Source of the DNA: Porticoccaceae bacterium
GTDB taxonomy: Bacteria > Pseudomonadota > Gammaproteobacteria > Pseudomonadales > Porticoccaceae
DNA: 64,000 nucleotides
Reading direction: 5' to 3'
Assembly: GCA_024959305.1 (NCBI GenBank)
Contig: JANXGQ010000036.1
Location: 8,624 to 72,623, forward strand
Part shown: one piece after another, positions 31,623 to 41,847 of the stretch
Layout: each line of letters starts with the position of its first letter
Position numbering within the stretch: the first letter of the stretch is position 1
Position numbers and translations under genes: made by a program
The notes under the pieces: generated by a model
Database searches by the model: none
What the model was told of the DNA's origin: nothing
Seen by the model: only the letters and a program-made list of their open reading frames with translations

Positions 31623-33578
31623 ATGAACGATCTCAGTAAAGCCCAGACCCTCGCAGGGGCAGCCAATGAAACCGCACAGGCCGACGGCAGTACCCTGTGG
31701 GAAATGCGCACTGAGGAACAGTCCTACGCCTTGCTGCCCGACCAAGAAATCAAGGACCAAAATTGCTACGGTCAAAAAATTGATCTGCTAGAGCTGACCG
31801 AAGGTGCCCTACCAAAGGACCGCCCGCTCTACATCAACGAAAATCCAGAGGTTGGCAGCAACCCCAACCGCAACAAGCAACATGCGTTTTTCTTTACTGC
31901 CGACAACTGTATCGGCTGCCACGCCTGTGAATCCGCCTGTGCGGAGAAGAACGAAACCCCAGCGCATCTGGCGTTTCGCTCGGTCGGTTACGTGGAGGGC
32001 GGTAGCTATCCAGACTATCAGCGCCTGAATATTTCCATGGCCTGCAATCATTGCGACGATCCGGTTTGTCTCAAGGGCTGCCCTACCGGTGCCTACACCA
32101 AGCACGCCGAGTACGGCGCCGTGCTACAGGACCCCGAAACCTGTTTCGGCTGTGGTTACTGCACCTGGGTGTGCCCCTATAACGCACCTCAGCTCGATCC
32201 TGTCGAGGGTCATGTCTCCAAGTGTAATATGTGTGTGGACCGCCTCGAAGTGGGCCTGAAGCCCGCCTGTGTCTCGGCCTGTGTGGGCAACGCCCTAGAT
32301 TTTGGCGTGGTTGAAAATATTCCAGAGAACCGCGAGGAAGCCAAGGTCAGTATCCCCGGCTTTCCGGACCCATCGATCACCCAACCCAATATCCGCTTCC
32401 AGCAGGTGAAGAAACTGCCGGATGAAATGACGCGCCCGGACTCGCAACCGGTCAAATATCACAAAGATAGCCACGGCAACTACAAGCCGAGCATCGATCA
32501 GAAAACCGGCGCAAAAAAATTCTGGAATCTGCGCCGCTTGAGCTCAAAGGAAAACCCCTTGGTGCTCTTTACACTGATGTCGCAAGCGGCAATCGGCGCC
32601 TTCGCCAGTATCTTCCTCGGCACGCAATTTGGACTGGATGGGTTCGTCGAATTTGCCGGATCATCCATGTACGCGCCCTTCGGCATGCTGTGTTTTTTAC
32701 TGGTCGGCTACGGACTCTTTATGTCCACTATGCATCTGGGCAAACCCCTGCGCTTCTATCGCGGGTTTAACAATTTGCGCCATTCTCCGGTATCTCGTGA
32801 AGGGCTGGGTATCGCCGCCTTTATGGGTTTTCTGGCCCTGCATATCCTCTGCAGTCTGCCCGCAAACGCCCTATTTGCCGACGCCTATCAGTATTTATTT
32901 GGAATAGAAATATCGAAATTGCTAAGCCCCGCACTCACGGCGGGCAGTGCCGCTGTACTGGGATATCTGGCGCTGATTTCCGCGATTGCCGGCCTCTACT
33001 ACATGACCCGTTGCTATCGCATTCCGGCGCGTCCATTCTGGGACCACTGGCAGGCATCTGCCACTTTCTTCGGCAGCAGCCTATCGCTCGGCGCTTTGGT
33101 GACCGGCCTAGTTGCTATCCCCACACTGATAATGAGCGCAAGCCAAATCGGTCCGGCGCTACAGATACTCGGCAGCATTCTCGCCTTGGGAGCTGTGCTC
33201 GAAGGCATCGGCCTGTACGTCCATCATCGGGATATGAGTAGCGCGGAACACGAGGGCGGCGCCTCCCACTATGTGCAACGCACCACCTTTGGCAAAAGCT
33301 ACCTGCTCAGAAATCTGCTGCTGGGCACCCTTAGCCTAGCCGCGGTGGCTCTGGTTATCTCTGGTTACAGCAATATCTGGGCGCTTGGTTGCTGGGGGCT
33401 AGTAGCCCTTATGCTAATTGGCAGCAGCCTAATCGGACGGGCGCTCTTTTATGTGCTGGTGATTCCAACCACCATGCCCGGCGCATTTTTCTGGCGCAAC
33501 AAGGGGTTTGAACAGCATGCACGGGATACCGGTCTGGCCAATATGCCGCAGGTGGGTGTAGTGCCCGATACCCACTAG
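31623..33578 (+). CDS. Fused DmsB-like 4x[4Fe-4S] ferredoxin plus DmsC/YnfH(NrfD)-type 8-TM membrane anchor
   Basis: CIGCHACESAC, CNHCDDPVCLKGCP, CFGCGYCTWVCPY, KCNMC...PACVSAC, then ENPLVLFTL, HLGKPLRFY...SPVSRE and GRALFY motifs with about 8 hydrophobic segments. Confidence 0.88.
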   Translation: MNDLSKAQTLAGAANETAQADGSTLWEMRTEEQSYALLPDQEIKDQNCYGQKIDLLELTEGALPKDRPLYINENPEVGSNPNRNKQHAFFFTADNCIGCHACESACAEKNETPAHLAFRSVGYVEGGSYPDYQRLNISMACNHCDDPVCLKGCPTGAYTKHAEYGAVLQDPETCFGCGYCTWVCPYNAPQLDPVEGHVSKCNMCVDRLEVGLKPACVSACVGNALDFGVVENIPENREEAKVSIPGFPDPSITQPNIRFQQVKKLPDEMTRPDSQPVKYHKDSHGNYKPSIDQKTGAKKFWNLRRLSSKENPLVLFTLMSQAAIGAFASIFLGTQFGLDGFVEFAGSSMYAPFGMLCFLLVGYGLFMSTMHLGKPLRFYRGFNNLRHSPVSREGLGIAAFMGFLALHILCSLPANALFADAYQYLFGIEISKLLSPALTAGSAAVLGYLALISAIAGLYYMTRCYRIPARPFWDHWQASATFFGSSLSLGALVTGLVAIPTLIMSASQIGPALQILGSILALGAVLEGIGLYVHHRDMSSAEHEGGASHYVQRTTFGKSYLLRNLLLGTLSLAAVALVISGYSNIWALGCWGLVALMLIGSSLIGRALFYVLVIPTTMPGAFFWRNKGFEQHARDTGLANMPQVGVVPDTH

Positions 33579-33716
33579 AGATTATTGCATTAGGGCGATA
33601 GTCAGGAACCAGCTAACAATTTCACGCTGGTTTCCTGAGCGATCAATATATTGGAGGGGTAAGCATTAGCCTAGCTATTTTAGCTCCTCGGAAAAATGGT
33701 AGCTTGCAATGGTCAA
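33578..33716. repeat. Degenerate MITE-like element immediately after the nitrate operon
   Basis: Left end GAGATTATTGCA and right end TGCAATGGTC (33705-33714) resemble the GAGACC(T/A)TTGCA TIR. Span is about 139 bp. Internal hairpin CAGGAACCAGC...GCTGGTTTCCTG. No clear TSD. Confidence 0.4.
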
Positions 33717-33768
33717 GCCCTGCTCACCGTTTTCAATTTTTCCTATGCTATTTTACAGTAATTTCGCT

Positions 33769-34935
33769 CTATCCGTTGTCTGCCCGATATTTTAGCATGG
33801 CAACCGCCGGAAGCTCTTTACCCTCAACATATTCTAAAAAAGCACCTCCACCAGTAGAAATATAGGACACTTTATCCATAATTGCATACTTATCGACTGC
33901 CGCCAGCGTATCGCCACCGCCGGCGATAGAAAAACCCGCACTGTCGGCAATTGACATTGCCAGGGTTTTAGTGCCCTCGGCAAATTGCTCAAACTCAAAA
34001 ACGCCCACCGGCCCATTCCAAATAATGGTGCCCATGGATTTAATAATCTGTGCCAGACGTTGCGAGGATTTGGGGCCAATATCAAAAATCATATCATCCT
34101 CTTGCACCTGATCCACTGACACCACTGTAGCCTCGGCAGTTTCAGAAAATTCCTTTCCCACCACCACATCAGTGGGCAGCGGTATATTGACCTTTTCCAT
34201 CAGCGCCTTGGCGGCCGGTATTAGATCGGGCTCATACAGAGATTTGCCCACCGGCTTGCCGGCGGCTGCCAGAAAGGTATTGGCAATGCCGCCCCCAACA
34301 ATCAGCTGATCGACCTTATTGGCTAAGGTTTCCAGCACTAGCAATTTGCTGGAAACCTTGGAGCCGCCGACAATCGCGGCTACAGGTGGTGTTGGCGCTG
34401 CCATGGCTTTTTCAAGGGCCTCCAGCTCATTTGCCAACAGCGGGCCGGCACAGGCGAGGGGCGCAAATTTGGCAACCCCATGGGTTGAAGCCTGAGCCCG
34501 ATGGGCGGTGCCAAAGGCATCCATTACAAAAATATCACAGAGTTGCGCATAGGCCTTCGACAGGGCTTCATCATTGCCTTTTTCACCTAGGTTAAAACGC
34601 ACGTTTTCCAATATGGTAATTTCTCCCTCAACAACCTCAAATCCATGCTTCCAGTTTTGCAACAAATTGACCCGCCGCCCCAGCAACTCACTTAGATAAG
34701 TTGCCACCGGCTGTAAACTGTACTCTGAGCTATACTCCCCCTCGGTTGGACGCCCCAAATGGGACATTAAAATAACCTGAGCGCGCCCGTCCAAAGCCTG
34801 CTGAATAGTCGGCAACGCTGCCTTGATACGGACGTCACTGGTTACCGCGCCATCTTTGATGGGCACATTTAGATCTTCGCGAATCAAAACGCGTTTTTGG
34901 TTAAGGTCTAAATCGGTCATTAATTTGATGTTCAT
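33769..34935 (-). CDS. pgk: Phosphoglycerate kinase
   Basis: [58 protein letters not shown]. Confidence 0.98.
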   Translation of the reverse strand: MNIKLMTDLDLNQKRVLIREDLNVPIKDGAVTSDVRIKAALPTIQQALDGRAQVILMSHLGRPTEGEYSSEYSLQPVATYLSELLGRRVNLLQNWKHGFEVVEGEITILENVRFNLGEKGNDEALSKAYAQLCDIFVMDAFGTAHRAQASTHGVAKFAPLACAGPLLANELEALEKAMAAPTPPVAAIVGGSKVSSKLLVLETLANKVDQLIVGGGIANTFLAAAGKPVGKSLYEPDLIPAAKALMEKVNIPLPTDVVVGKEFSETAEATVVSVDQVQEDDMIFDIGPKSSQRLAQIIKSMGTIIWNGPVGVFEFEQFAEGTKTLAMSIADSAGFSIAGGGDTLAAVDKYAIMDKVSYISTGGGAFLEYVEGKELPAVAMLKYRADNG

Positions 34936-34981
34936 TGGTTTCCTTATATTTCAGTTCTATACGGAACAGTAAAAATTAGTC

Positions 34982-35986
34982 TTACAGCCAGCTACGCAAT
35001 ACATCTAGCATTCTATTGGCATAGCCCCATTCATTATCAAACCAAATAAGCACCTTGATCAATTTTTGCTGGCTTACTCTGGTCTGACTGGCATCCACAA
35101 TACCGCTTCGCGGGTCATGATTAAAATCACAGGAGGCCAGTGGCTCCTCTGTATAACCCAGTACAGCTTGCAATGAACCCTCGGCGGCACTGGCCAGAGC
35201 CCGATTTACAGTCTCCATATCCACAGCCTTATTGACCAGTACAGAGAGATCAATCACCGACACATTTAGGGTTGGCACGCGCATCGCCTGCGCCTGAAAT
35301 CGACCGGCAAGATTGGGCATTAAACGGTCAATGCCCAAGGCTAACTGGGTATCCACTGGTATGATAGAGTGCATAGCAGCCCGCGTTTTGCGCAGATCTG
35401 TATGGTGATAAGCATCGATCACCGGTTGATCATTCATAGCTGAGTGAATGGTGGTTATCACCCCGCCCTCAACCGAAAAATGATCATCCAGTACCTTAAT
35501 CACCGGAACTACGCAGTTGGTCGAGCAGGACGCACTGGAGATTATTTTTTCTTTACCAGTCAATTCTTGATGGTTAAAACCATAGACAATGGTGGCATCC
35601 ACATCGGATTCAGCCGGTTGCGAAAATAATAGTCTTTTGGCACCGCTACGCAGATGTTTTTCCGCGGTTTTGCGATCGCTAAAACTACCACTGCACTCGA
35701 GCACCACATCAATGTTTAGTGGCCCCCATGGCAACTGCTCCAGCTCGTCTATATGAAAAATATCTATACGGTCGCCACACACTGCAAGTGAGTGGTCACT
35801 TACGTCTATATCCCCTAAAAACCTACCATGGGTTGAGTCATAGCGGGTTAAGTGGGCAATGGTTTTATTATCCGCCGGCTCATTGATCGCCACCACCCTG
35901 AGCTGATCCTGTAGATCCGATTCATAGACCGCTCGCAGCACCGAACGGCCGATACGCCCGTAGCCATTAATGGCTACGCGGATCAT
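34982..35986 (-). CDS. epd: D-erythrose-4-phosphate dehydrogenase
   Basis: INGYGRIGR, ASCSTNC (epd-type), HSAMNDQPVIDAYHHTDLRKTR; tkt-epd-pgk synteny. Confidence 0.93.
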   Translation of the reverse strand: MIRVAINGYGRIGRSVLRAVYESDLQDQLRVVAINEPADNKTIAHLTRYDSTHGRFLGDIDVSDHSLAVCGDRIDIFHIDELEQLPWGPLNIDVVLECSGSFSDRKTAEKHLRSGAKRLLFSQPAESDVDATIVYGFNHQELTGKEKIISSASCSTNCVVPVIKVLDDHFSVEGGVITTIHSAMNDQPVIDAYHHTDLRKTRAAMHSIIPVDTQLALGIDRLMPNLAGRFQAQAMRVPTLNVSVIDLSVLVNKAVDMETVNRALASAAEGSLQAVLGYTEEPLASCDFNHDPRSGIVDASQTRVSQQKLIKVLIWFDNEWGYANRMLDVLRSWL

Positions 35987-37995
35987 TAATCTAAGGTCTC
36001 CAGCACCTTGGCCACCACATTCTCAACGGTAAAACCAAATTCTTTCATCAACAGATTGCCGGGGGCAGATTCACCAAAACTGGTCATGCCTACCACGCGA
36101 CCGTCCAGACCCACAAACTTGTGCCAATAATCAACGTGAAGTGCCTCGACAGCCACCCGAGCCCGAATTGACGCCGGCAGAACTGCCTCTTTATAGGATT
36201 GATCCTGGGCACTGAATAACTCTGCACAGGGCATAGAGACCACCCGCACCCGAACCGCCTGCTCTGCTAATTGATCCGCGGCTTGCAGGGCCAACTCCAC
36301 TTCCGAACCTGTGGCAATCAAAATTGCTTGAGCATCCGCAATATCGCGAAGAATATAGCCGCCGCGATGTACATTCGCCAATTGCTCCTCTGAGCGCACC
36401 ATCGGAGCTAGACCCTGCCGACTAAATACCAGAGCACTGGGGCCATCTCTGCGCTCAATAGCACTTTTCCAGCAAACCGCCGACTCCACTGTGTCACAGG
36501 GTCGCCAGGTATGAAGATTGGGTGTAGCGCGCAGTGCACTCAGCTGCTCTACAGGCTGATGGGTGGGGCCATCCTCGCCCAAACCAATAGAGTCATGGGT
36601 ATACACAAAAATACTCTGCTGTTTCATCAGCGCCGCCATGCGCACCGCATTGCGCGCATATTCCATAAACATCAGGAAGGTGGCGCCATAGTTGATAAAG
36701 CCACCATGCAGGGCAATCCCATTCATTATTGCGCTCATGCCAAACTCACGCACACCATAGTAAATGTAGTTGCCATCGGCATTGTCGCCGCTAATATCTT
36801 TAGAGCCGGACCAGATAGTCAGGTTAGAACCGGCCAGATCTGCCGAGCCGCCGATCAATTCTGGAAGCATTGAACCATAGGCGTTAAGGCAGTTTTGAGA
36901 GGCCTTGCGAGAAGCTACTTTTTCCATCTTTTGCTGACAGTCGCGAATATAGGCATCCGCCTTATCGCTAAAGTCGGCGGGTAATTCACCGCTACTGCGG
37001 CGCTCAAATTCAGCGGCCAATTCAGGATGCTCGGCCCTATAGGCGGCAAACTTTCGATTCCATGCAGACTGTGCGGCAGTGCCTTTTTCCACGCAGTTCC
37101 AAGCCGCGTAGTAATCCTCGGGAACTTCAAAGGGCCCATACTGCCAGCCCAGTTGCTGACGAGCGAGGACAATCTCATCGGCACCCAGTGGCGCGCCGTG
37201 GCAGTCCTCTTTGCCCTGCTTGTTGGGTGAACCAAAGCCAATCACCGTTTTACAGCAGATCAATGTGGGTTTATCCGTAGCCTGAGCCTCCTTGATAGCC
37301 GCGCTCACCGCCTCGGAATCATGACCGTCTACATTTGCAATAACATGCCAATTGTAGGCCGCAAAACGCGCTGGCGTATCATCACTAAACCAGCCTGTCT
37401 GCCCGTCAGGGCCCGCAACCTCACCATCGATGGAAATACCATTGTCATCGTAGAAGGCAATGAGTTTGCCCAACTTTAGGGTGCCTGCCAAAGAGCATAC
37501 CTCGTGAGAAATACCTTCCATCAGGCAGCCATCACCGAGAAATACATAGCTGTGATGATCCACCACATCATATCCAGGTCGGTTGAACTGCGCCGCGAGA
37601 ACCTTTTCCGCAAGCGCCATACCCACAGCGTTACCGATGCCTTGACCCAGGGGGCCAGTGGTGGTTTCAACGCCGGGCGCATAACCATATTCCGGATGAC
37701 CGGGGGTCTTTGAATGTAATTGACGGAAATTCTTTATCTCTTCAAGCGGAAGATCATAACCGGTCAGATGTAACAGGGAGTACAGAAGCATGGATCCATG
37801 CCCGTTGGACAGTACAAAGCGGTCTCTATTGACCCAGCTTGGGTCTGCCGGATTGTGGCTCAGGCAGTCTCTCCACAGCACTTCGGCAATATCTGCCATA
37901 CCCATGGGGGCACCTGGATGCCCACTATTAGCCTGTTGCACAGCATCCATACTGAGGGCGCGAATAGCATTAGCGAGGTCTCGACGTGAGGCCAT
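35986..37995 (-). CDS. tkt: Transketolase
   Basis: [39 protein letters not shown] motif, [16 protein letters not shown]. Confidence 0.98.
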   Translation of the reverse strand: MASRRDLANAIRALSMDAVQQANSGHPGAPMGMADIAEVLWRDCLSHNPADPSWVNRDRFVLSNGHGSMLLYSLLHLTGYDLPLEEIKNFRQLHSKTPGHPEYGYAPGVETTTGPLGQGIGNAVGMALAEKVLAAQFNRPGYDVVDHHSYVFLGDGCLMEGISHEVCSLAGTLKLGKLIAFYDDNGISIDGEVAGPDGQTGWFSDDTPARFAAYNWHVIANVDGHDSEAVSAAIKEAQATDKPTLICCKTVIGFGSPNKQGKEDCHGAPLGADEIVLARQQLGWQYGPFEVPEDYYAAWNCVEKGTAAQSAWNRKFAAYRAEHPELAAEFERRSSGELPADFSDKADAYIRDCQQKMEKVASRKASQNCLNAYGSMLPELIGGSADLAGSNLTIWSGSKDISGDNADGNYIYYGVREFGMSAIMNGIALHGGFINYGATFLMFMEYARNAVRMAALMKQQSIFVYTHDSIGLGEDGPTHQPVEQLSALRATPNLHTWRPCDTVESAVCWKSAIERRDGPSALVFSRQGLAPMVRSEEQLANVHRGGYILRDIADAQAILIATGSEVELALQAADQLAEQAVRVRVVSMPCAELFSAQDQSYKEAVLPASIRARVAVEALHVDYWHKFVGLDGRVVGMTSFGESAPGNLLMKEFGFTVENVVAKVLETLD

Positions 37996-38120
37996 GAATT
38001 GTCACTCCTGAAACGGAAAAATTTGGGGGTTGTATTGTCGCTTAGTCGGCACTCTCAGTAAACTGCTATTCAATATTTAGCACTGATTAGTCTGGTCAAA
38101 TAATACGCCTTGGGCTCCCT

Positions 38121-38154
38121 TATCAAAATATTTTTATATAAAAATATTTTGATA
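38121..38154. promoter_or_regulatory. Perfect 34-bp palindrome read as two tandem SahR-type operators
   Basis: TATCAAAATATTTTTATATAAAAATATTTTGATA is its own reverse complement. Each half resembles ATCAA-N6-TTGAT. It lies directly upstream of the ArsR-methyltransferase gene. Confidence 0.7.
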
Positions 38155-38167
38155 TACAACAGCCGCC

Positions 38168-39193
38168 ATGCTAAAGTGCCGTCCTATGTCAGTCTTTCAA
38201 GCCTCCCCAAGCAATTTCGACCCCACTGCTCCCTCGGCGGTTGGCTCGATCGGCAATCTGTGCAAAGCCGCAGGGGATCCGCTGCGCATTCAGATTCTTA
38301 AGGTCTTACAACAAAATGCCTATGGCGTTTTGGAGCTCTGTCAGGTTTTTGATATACGGCAGTCTGCAATGAGTCATCATTTAAAAATTCTATCCAGTGC
38401 CGGACTGGTAGCAACTAGGCGCGAGGGCACTACTATCTTTTATCGCCGCAACCCGCTGCATCCAGATAGCGGTCTTCAGTTGCTTCAAAAAGCACTGCTC
38501 CAAACTGTTGATGATGCAACCATCGACGTTCTAGTAGCCGAACAGCTCGCAGAGATCAACCAAGAGCGCGCCAGTGCATCGGTCGAATTTTTTAACCGCA
38601 ATGTGGGCCGCTTTGAAGAAAACCAAGATCTTATCGCCAGCTGGGCAGATTATGGCGACAGTGTGGAAAATTTTCTCGATAGCTCGGTGAGCGCAACAGG
38701 TAGCGCGCTGGAAATTGGCCCTGGCTACGGCCAGTTTCTGAGTAAATTATCCGCAACCTTCGATCGGGTAATAGCCTTGGACAACAGTGCGGAGATGCTT
38801 GAGCAGTGTCGACAGCGCGCCAAACAACAGGCACTGAGCAATGTAGAGTTTTTGCATGGCGATACATCGTTAGCGCTAGAAAAAAATATAGCAATCGACT
38901 GTATTTCTCTGAATATGGTACTCCACCACAACCCGACGCCAGCCGATATTATTACCCACTGTGCCGATCTCTTAAACGCAGCGGGGGTGCTGTTGATAAC
39001 CGATCTCTGCGCCCATGATCAGGACTGGGTAAAACAATCCTGCGGAGACCTGTGGATGGGATTTGACCCAGAAGAAATAACCAACTGGGCAGATCGCGCA
39101 GGGCTCACAGAGGGCAACAGTTTATTTCTCACCCAACGCAATGGATTTCGCATACAGGTGCGGCAGTTTAAGAAAACTGCAACTACAAATTAA
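38168..39193 (+). CDS. sahR: ArsR-HTH plus SAM-methyltransferase-domain regulator of the SAM cycle
   Basis: KAAGDPLRIQIL...VLELCQ...QSAMSHHLKIL...RREG (ArsR); EIGPGYG, NMVLHH, DLCAHDQDW...GDLWMGF. Heads metK-ahcY-metF. Confidence 0.88.
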   Translation: MLKCRPMSVFQASPSNFDPTAPSAVGSIGNLCKAAGDPLRIQILKVLQQNAYGVLELCQVFDIRQSAMSHHLKILSSAGLVATRREGTTIFYRRNPLHPDSGLQLLQKALLQTVDDATIDVLVAEQLAEINQERASASVEFFNRNVGRFEENQDLIASWADYGDSVENFLDSSVSATGSALEIGPGYGQFLSKLSATFDRVIALDNSAEMLEQCRQRAKQQALSNVEFLHGDTSLALEKNIAIDCISLNMVLHHNPTPADIITHCADLLNAAGVLLITDLCAHDQDWVKQSCGDLWMGFDPEEITNWADRAGLTEGNSLFLTQRNGFRIQVRQFKKTATTN

Positions 39194-39207
39194 ATTAAGG
39201 GAACATT

Positions 39208-40362
39208 ATGTCTACTTATAATATTTTTACCTCCGAATCAGTTTCAGAAGGCCATCCGGATAAAATGGCTGACCAGATCTCCGATGCGGTATTGGATGCC
39301 ATTATCAAAGATGACCCCCATGCTCGAGTGGCGGTAGAGACCATGGTGAAAACCGGTATGGCGATTATCGCCGGAGAGGTGCGAACCGAAACCTATGTGG
39401 ATCTGGAACAGATTGTACGCGATGTGATTACTGATATCGGCTACGATCATTCTGACAAAGGCTTTGATGGCAACTCCTGCGCGGTAATCAATGCTATTGG
39501 CAAACAATCCTCGGATATAGCGCAGGGGGTAGACGAGGCTGACAATAAGGATATAGGTGCCGGTGATCAGGGTCTTATGTTTGGCTATGCCAGCAATGAG
39601 ACGGAGGTGCTGATGCCAGCGCCTATTTACTATTCCCATCGGCTGGTAGAGCGTCAGGCACAGCTGCGTAAAAACGGCACTCTGCCCTGGTTGCGCCCAG
39701 ATGCCAAGAGTCAGGTAACGCTGCGCTATGAGCAGGGGGTTCCGGTGGCCGTGGATGCCGTGGTGTTATCCACTCAGCACTCCCCAAATATCTCCCAAGC
39801 GGATCTTCGGGAAGCTGTACGCGAAGAGATTATTAACCATGTGTTACCGGCAGAATGGCTACATGCCAAGACTCAATATCATATTAATCCCACCGGCAAT
39901 TTTGAGATCGGTGGGCCTATGGGCGACTGCGGCCTTACCGGACGCAAAATCATCGTCGATACCTACGGTGGTATGGCTCACCATGGTGGCGGTGCTTTTT
40001 CCGGCAAAGATCCCACCAAAGTTGATCGCTCAGCCGCTTACGCCGGTCGCTATGTGGCCAAAAATATTGTCGCCGCAGGCCTCGCCGATCGCTGTGAAAT
40101 TCAGATTTCCTACGCTATCGGCGTCTCCGAGCCCACATCTATCAGCATCAATACCTTTGGCACCGGCAAACTATCGGATCAAGAAATTGTGCAGCTGGTT
40201 CGCGAACAGTTCGACCTGCGCCCGCGCGGCCTGATTGAAATGCTCGACCTGCGCAGACCTATCTATCGGCAGACTGCCTCCTACGGACACTTTGGTCGTA
40301 CGGAAGCAGACTTTACTTGGGAAAACACTGACCGGGCTGCGACGCTTAAGAAAGCGCTGTAG
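39208..40362 (+). CDS. metK: S-adenosylmethionine synthetase
   Basis: [41 protein letters not shown]. Confidence 0.99.
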   Translation: MSTYNIFTSESVSEGHPDKMADQISDAVLDAIIKDDPHARVAVETMVKTGMAIIAGEVRTETYVDLEQIVRDVITDIGYDHSDKGFDGNSCAVINAIGKQSSDIAQGVDEADNKDIGAGDQGLMFGYASNETEVLMPAPIYYSHRLVERQAQLRKNGTLPWLRPDAKSQVTLRYEQGVPVAVDAVVLSTQHSPNISQADLREAVREEIINHVLPAEWLHAKTQYHINPTGNFEIGGPMGDCGLTGRKIIVDTYGGMAHHGGGAFSGKDPTKVDRSAAYAGRYVAKNIVAAGLADRCEIQISYAIGVSEPTSISINTFGTGKLSDQEIVQLVREQFDLRPRGLIEMLDLRRPIYRQTASYGHFGRTEADFTWENTDRAATLKKAL

Positions 40363-40398
40363 CCTATTGGCACCCTCTTTAATAAAAGGCAAATCAAT

Positions 40399-41787
40399 AT
40401 GACAGCAATAGCAAACAACAGTAACCCAGCATTTGAGGACTACAGGGTCGCCGATATTAATCTGGCGGAATGGGGTAGAAAGGAAATCTCCATTGCCGAA
40501 TCGGAAATGCCCGCGCTGATGGCGCTGCGCGAAAAGCACAGCGCTCAACAGCCGCTGGCCGATGCGCGTATTCTGGGCTGCATACATATGACCATTCAGA
40601 CCGCGGTACTTATTCAGACTCTGGAGGCACTGGGGGCTGAGGTGCGCTGGACATCCTGCAATATCTTCTCCACCCAAGACCATGCCGCCGCCGCTATTGC
40701 CGCCAGTGGCACCCCAGTATTTGCTTGGAAAGGCGAAACTGAAGAAGAATACGACTGGTGTTTAGAACAGCAAATACTTAAAGACGGCGCACCCTGGAAT
40801 GCCAATATGGTGCTCGATGATGGCGGCGATCTTACCGCCCTATTACACAAGAAGTATCCTCAGATATTGGAACATGTTCATGGTATCACTGAAGAGACCA
40901 CCACAGGCGTACATCGGCTGTATGAAATGTTGCAAGCCGGCGAATTAAAAGTACCGGCCATCAATGTCAATGATTCAGTCACCAAGTCTAAAAATGACAA
41001 TAAATATGGCTGTAGACACAGCCTTAACGATGCCATAAAACGCGCCACAGACCACCTTCTTTCGGGCAAAAAGGCACTGGTCATCGGCTATGGCGATGTG
41101 GGCAAAGGGTCCGCACAATCACTGCGCCAAGAGGGCATGATTGTGAAGGTCAGCGAAATTGACCCTATCTGCGCCATGCAAGCCTGTATGGATGGCTTTG
41201 AAGTGGTGTCTCCTTACAATCAGGGCGATGTCGACAAAGGTATCAATGCCGAACTGCTTGCCAGCACCGATCTGCTAGTGACTACCACAGGCAATTACAA
41301 TGTCTGTGACTCCAATATGTTAGCTGCACTAAAGAGCGGTTGCGTGGTTTGTAATATTGGGCATTTTGATAATGAAATCGACACCGCCTATATGCGTAAA
41401 ACTTGGGAATGGGAAGAAATTAAACCCCAGGTGCACAAGGTCTACCGCAATCGCAGCAGCAATGACCATTTACTACTGCTGGCCGAGGGCCGTCTGGTTA
41501 ATTTGGGCAATGCCACTGGCCATCCCAGTCGTATTATGGACGGCTCATTTGCCAATCAGGTTCTGGCACAGATCGAACTCTACCAGCGGGCGTTCGCCGC
41601 ACAGGACAGCGCCACTCAAACCGAGATGCTGCATGTGGAAGTATTGCCCAAGCATCTGGATGAAGAGGTGGCTGCCCATATGGTAAGAGGATTTAGCGGC
41701 GTTATTACCAAACTGTCTCAGGAACAGGCCGACTATATCAATGTATCCATTGAAGGCCCCTTTAAAGGTGACAGCTACAAATATTGA
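40399..41787 (+). CDS. ahcY: Adenosylhomocysteinase
   Basis: [68 protein letters not shown]. Confidence 0.98.
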   Translation: MTAIANNSNPAFEDYRVADINLAEWGRKEISIAESEMPALMALREKHSAQQPLADARILGCIHMTIQTAVLIQTLEALGAEVRWTSCNIFSTQDHAAAAIAASGTPVFAWKGETEEEYDWCLEQQILKDGAPWNANMVLDDGGDLTALLHKKYPQILEHVHGITEETTTGVHRLYEMLQAGELKVPAINVNDSVTKSKNDNKYGCRHSLNDAIKRATDHLLSGKKALVIGYGDVGKGSAQSLRQEGMIVKVSEIDPICAMQACMDGFEVVSPYNQGDVDKGINAELLASTDLLVTTTGNYNVCDSNMLAALKSGCVVCNIGHFDNEIDTAYMRKTWEWEEIKPQVHKVYRNRSSNDHLLLLAEGRLVNLGNATGHPSRIMDGSFANQVLAQIELYQRAFAAQDSATQTEMLHVEVLPKHLDEEVAAHMVRGFSGVITKLSQEQADYINVSIEGPFKGDSYKY

Positions 41788-41847
41788 CATTATCCTGTGC
41801 CCCTGAGTTCAAAATTCAGGGGTAACTTAATCTAGGATCCAAGTTTT

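Noticed and set aside
26338-33716. Nitrate operon as a MITE-bounded composite transposon
   Set aside because: The left MITE has its own target duplication (independent insertion), the promoter lies outside it, and the outer flanks share no duplication. It is kept only as separate repeat observations.
40363-40398. SAH/SAM riboswitch before ahcY or metK
   Set aside because: The gaps are only 36 and 14 nt, too short, with no matching motif.
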